NCBI GenBank assembly: GCA_030670715.1
Contig: DAOVBC010000001.1
Coordinates: 1 to 28,364 of the forward strand
From: Deltaproteobacteria bacterium
GTDB lineage: Bacteria > Desulfobacterota > Desulfobacteria > Desulfobacterales > SG8-13
Direction: 5' to 3'
DNA: 28,364 nt
Below are positions 25,389-28,364 of the stretch, piece after piece. Within the stretch, counting starts at the first letter, position 1; each line of letters opens with the position of its first letter. The notes beneath the pieces were generated by a model that was not told the DNA's origin, made no database searches, and saw only the letters and a program-made list of their open reading frames with translations. The translations under genes and the position numbers were made by a program.

Positions 25389-25470
25389 GCTGAAGGCTGA
25401 AAGCTCAAAGCTGAAAGCAAAAGACTGGTTTCGCTCTTACCCTTTGAGCATTGAACCTTGAGCTTCGAGC
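25389..25470. repeat. Heptamer tandem/inverted palindrome E
   Basis: GCTGAAG GCTGAAA GCTCAAA GCTGAAA, spacer, then TTTGAGC ATTGAAC CTTGAGC TTCGAGC. Confidence 0.8.
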
Positions 25471-26402
25471 TAATTCACGCTCGGCCTGGGATGCAGTCCG
25501 GCGCGTTCCACGATTTCCGGCACCTTTTCTTCCCATTCAATGGCCATAATGTGAAATCCACTCACCCCTTTTACTTCCTTGAGACGTTGTATCGCTTCAA
25601 CGCAGATGTCGATCCCCTCCTGCGCCTGTTTTTCTTTGGGGGTGTCTGCCATCCGCTTGACAATATCATCCGGCACATCCATGCCCGGTACCCGGTTTTT
25701 CATATAGCGCGCCATCCCGGCGGACTTCATCGGGGTAAGACCGGCAAGGATATACACTTTTTCGTTCAGCCCGCGGTCACAGACCTTTTTCATCCAGTCT
25801 TCGAACTTGTCAAGATTGTAAATGCACTGGGTCTGAATGAATTCGACCCCGGCCGCAATCTTCTTCGCCAGGCGGGGGACACGGATCTCATACGGGTCGG
25901 CAAATGGATTGGCCGCCGCTCCGACAAACATCTGCGGTGGCCGCTTGATGTCATCACCGCCCAGGAACTTGCCGTCATCGCGCATGTGCCTGACGGTCTG
26001 GATCAATTGCATGGAGTCGATATCATGGACATTCTGACCCTGGGCACAGTCTCCGAAACTCTGGTGATCGCCGGAAAGACACAGGATGTTGTGGATATCA
26101 AACGACGCCGCCCCGAGGATGTCGCTTTGAAGTGCGATCCGGTTGCGGTCCCGCGTGACCATCTGCAGAACCGGTTCCACCCCCATCAGTTTGAGCCGGA
26201 TACAGGCAGCCAGACTGCACAGGCGTGTCATGGATGTCTGGTTGTCGGTGACATTGATGGCATCGACATGATCCTTGATAAGATTGGCCTTTTCAGTGAT
26301 GACTTCCGGGTCGCTGCCGCGGGGAGGCCCGCATTCCGACGTAACGGCCAGATGCCCGGCAGTCAGAATTTTTTCCAGTTTACTCGGTGTATTCGTGCTC
26401 AT
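25470..26402 (-). CDS. metF: Methylenetetrahydrofolate reductase, flavin subunit
   Basis: SECGPP, INVTDN, VTRDRNR, LCLSGDH, ANPFA and FIQTQ motifs. Confidence 0.95.
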   Translation of the reverse strand: MSTNTPSKLEKILTAGHLAVTSECGPPRGSDPEVITEKANLIKDHVDAINVTDNQTSMTRLCSLAACIRLKLMGVEPVLQMVTRDRNRIALQSDILGAASFDIHNILCLSGDHQSFGDCAQGQNVHDIDSMQLIQTVRHMRDDGKFLGGDDIKRPPQMFVGAAANPFADPYEIRVPRLAKKIAAGVEFIQTQCIYNLDKFEDWMKKVCDRGLNEKVYILAGLTPMKSAGMARYMKNRVPGMDVPDDIVKRMADTPKEKQAQEGIDICVEAIQRLKEVKGVSGFHIMAIEWEEKVPEIVERAGLHPRPSVN

Positions 26403-27067
26403 AGTTCCACATCCTCCCTGACGACTTTGCGTGGTCCTCCGGCTCTGTCGGTGGACCAGTCTTTTAACGGTGATATATTTTCATAGTCATCCATCCGGCC
26501 GAGGGCCTTCAGCCGATCAATGATCAGCTGCCACCCGCACTCCAGCTCTTTGTCTACTTCACATTTACCGGAGGCGGAACCGCCGCAGGGGCCGTTGAAA
26601 ATGCGTTTAGCACAGCGGGATACCGGGCAAATACCGCCGGTGCTGGCCAGAATGCACTGACCGCAACCCTGACAGCGCTCCGTCCAGACACCCCGTGCTT
26701 CGGTAACGCCCATAAAAAGGGTGTTGACACCCGGATAGATCGGCTTGGATTGATATTTTTCAGCCATAAACTGAACGCCGACCCCGCAGGCAATGGAAAC
26801 CACCGCATCATAGTCATCGATGATGTCGCGAATTTCCTCAAGGTATTCGTGATCACACTGCCTCTCCAGGGTCCGCTCTGCGATGTTCACCTCACGGCCC
26901 TGCTGCAGAAAGTGCATCCTTAGCGCCGAGGCCAGAATGCCGACTTCTTTTTTACCGCCGGCCTCGCAGACCGTTACACACTCGTTGCAACCCAGAACAA
27001 GAATGCTCTGGTGATCCTTAATTGTCTCGATGATCTCCTCGATCGGTTTTTTATCGGCAACAATCAT
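26399..27067 (-). CDS. metV: MetV (MTHFR C-terminal-domain Fe-S/Zn subunit)
   Basis: MIVADKKP, GCNECVTVC, RQC, ACGVG and CQGCGQC...CPVSRC...GPCGG...C...CGW. ATGA overlap with metF. Confidence 0.92.
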   Translation of the reverse strand: MIVADKKPIEEIIETIKDHQSILVLGCNECVTVCEAGGKKEVGILASALRMHFLQQGREVNIAERTLERQCDHEYLEEIRDIIDDYDAVVSIACGVGVQFMAEKYQSKPIYPGVNTLFMGVTEARGVWTERCQGCGQCILASTGGICPVSRCAKRIFNGPCGGSASGKCEVDKELECGWQLIIDRLKALGRMDDYENISPLKDWSTDRAGGPRKVVREDVEL

Positions 27068-27091
27068 AAGACATGACCTCACTTTTATCTT

Positions 27092-27177
27092 GGTTTTAAG
27101 TTTAAGGTGTTAGGTTTTAGGCCAACAGGGAAACCGTCAATTTTTTACTTAAAACATAAAACCTAAAACCCGGAACC
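27092..27177. repeat. Heptamer tandem/inverted palindrome F
   Basis: GTTTTAA GTTTAAG GTGTTAG GTTTTAG, 27 nt, then CTTAAAA CATAAAA CCTAAAA CCCGGAA. Confidence 0.75.
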
Positions 27178-27181
27178 ACCC

Positions 27182-27619
27182 CTATGCCGCCTTGGCCTTT
27201 TTCTTGGCCAATTTTATGGGGTTCGGCCCTGCTTCAAGTATTTTTTCATGCATCTCCTGAGCATACTTGACGAACAGCGGGCCGTCACTGGACGACAGGT
27301 TGCACATCCGCACGCGATGGCCGCCGATCCCGATGGTATCAAGCAACTGCTGCGCCTGCTCCACCCGCTTTCGAGCCCTGAAGTTGCCGCTGTTGTAGTG
27401 ACAGTCCCCTTCCCGGCACCCGACGACATAAACACCGTCGGCACCTTTCTCGAAAGATCGCATGATGTGAAGAATGTCGACCTTGCCGGTGCAGGGCACA
27501 CGAATGATTTTAATGGATGTCGGGTAGCTCAATCGCATCGAACCTGCCAGGTCCGCAGCCGTGTACCCTCAGAAATTACAGCAAAAAGCGATAATGATCG
27601 GTTCAAATTCCTTGCTCAT
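27182..27619 (-). CDS. mvhD: MvhD/FlpD hydrogenase delta-type [2Fe-2S] subunit, selenoprotein (145 aa, Sec at UGA 27571-27569)
   Basis: ATG 27619 overlaps the hdrA stop (ATGA): MSKEFEPIIIAFCCNF-UGA-GYTAADLAG, matching the MvhD FxCxxC motif. Then RVPCTGKVD, GADGV and GCREGDCH. Confidence 0.93.
27540..27554 (-). promoter_or_regulatory. SECIS-like hairpin of mvhD
   Basis: GGACCT-GGC-AGGTTC (one G-U pair), with the loop starting 20 nt after the UGA. Confidence 0.65.
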
Positions 27620-28364
27620 AGGACTCCCTCCAGCAATGATTCTACCTTGCACAATATCTGATCGTCCTCATACCAGTTGAGTTCAATGGCTTTTGCGGGG
27701 CATTCCGCCGCACATATACCGCACCCGTGACAGAGGGCCTCGTCTATTTCACTGACGCCTTCGGCGTTGATCTTCGGCACCCCGTACGGACACGACCGGA
27801 CGCAAATGAGACAGGAGGCGCACATTTCTGCGTTAACACAGGCCGTTACAGCCGAAAGGGTGAGCTGATCCTGGGCGAGAAAGGTTGTGGCTCTGGATGC
27901 CGCGGCGTATGCCTGGGCGATTGCCTCGGGCAGCAGGTTGGGGCTGTGGGCCGTGCCGCAGACGAAAATCCCCTCGGTGGCCATTTCCACCGGTCTTAAC
28001 TTGACATGGGCTTCCATAAAGTGACCTTCTGCCGTGCGAGCTAGTTTAACGATGGATGCGAGTTCTTCTGTATCCGAGGCCACCATGCCGGCGCTCAATG
28101 CCAGCAGATCGGCATTCACCCGCAGCGGACGCCCCAAAACGTGGTCGGTAAAGGTTACAGCCACGCCGTTATCCGACGCTTCCGCCACCGGCGGGTTTTC
28201 CGGGTCGTACCTGGAAAACAACACGCCTTTTTCCCTGGCTTCCTTGTAGTAATCCTCCAGGAGGCCGAAGGTCCGTATATCCCGGTAAAGAATGAAAATC
28301 TGACTGTCCGGGTTCAATGATTTTATTTTGAGTGCGTTTTTTACAGCATTCTGGCAGCAGATCC
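27616..28364 (-). CDS. hdrA: Heterodisulfide reductase subunit A-like flavoprotein, C-terminal part (5' truncated by window)
   Basis: ICCQNAVKNAL, LYRDIRTFG, AHVKLRPVE, GIFVCGTAHSP and two terminal ferredoxin motifs (CASCLICVRSCP, CHGCGICAAECP). Confidence 0.93.
   Translation of the reverse strand, partial: ICCQNAVKNALKIKSLNPDSQIFILYRDIRTFGLLEDYYKEAREKGVLFSRYDPENPPVAEASDNGVAVTFTDHVLGRPLRVNADLLALSAGMVASDTEELASIVKLARTAEGHFMEAHVKLRPVEMATEGIFVCGTAHSPNLLPEAIAQAYAAASRATTFLAQDQLTLSAVTACVNAEMCASCLICVRSCPYGVPKINAEGVSEIDEALCHGCGICAAECPAKAIELNWYEDDQILCKVESLLEGVL

Noticed and set aside
24024-26486. Plus-strand ORFs of 257 aa (24024..24797) and 342 aa (25458..26486)
   Set aside because: Antisense shadows of the Fe-S oxidoreductase and metF.
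23320-27177. CRISPR interpretation of the intergenic repeats
   Set aside because: Units are 7-9 nt, contiguous and inverted, with no repeat-spacer alternation and no cas genes.
23457-27619. Pseudogene interpretation of the split Fe-S oxidoreductase and mvhD genes
   Set aside because: Both breaks are UGA, in frame, at conserved Cys positions and followed by SECIS-like hairpins.

Overview
Accessory and metabolic region with no rRNA, tRNA, CRISPR or transposase genes. Gene content suggests a Desulfobacterales-like anaerobic deltaproteobacterium (inference). Left to right: a truncated thioredoxin-reductase-like gene; a minus-strand operon of two V4R proteins, a Cys-rich PAS-PAS-GAF HisKA_3 kinase, a NarL regulator and a B12-binding radical SAM enzyme with an expanded Cys motif; an MtrH/MtgA-like methyltransferase; a divergent GltD/NuoF-type flavoprotein plus COG0523 GTPase; a compact operon of a TSCPD-metallophosphoesterase fusion, a UxxC thioredoxin-like selenoprotein and a coiled-coil-less SMC-type ATPase ending in Cys-Cys; a GcvH-like/FNR/Rossmann/CobO/DUF1638 cluster; a CBS protein; two histidine kinases; and the end of an hdrA-mvhD-metV-metF-REC-(Fe-S oxidoreductase)-aroE-like cluster. 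The main hidden signal is three in-frame UGA codons (12804-12806, 24030-24032, 27569-27571). Each sits at a redox Cys position, is followed by a GG(U/C)-triloop SECIS-like hairpin and is split by the ORF track. Non-coding structure is rich: two inverted copies of a 214-bp MITE with nested inverted repeats, a 127-bp TA-flanked MITE-like element, a ~280-bp three-block foldback, and five intergenic periodic tandem/inverted palindromes (plus one lone arm) that share architecture but not sequence. All alignments and counts were done by eye and no database searches were run.
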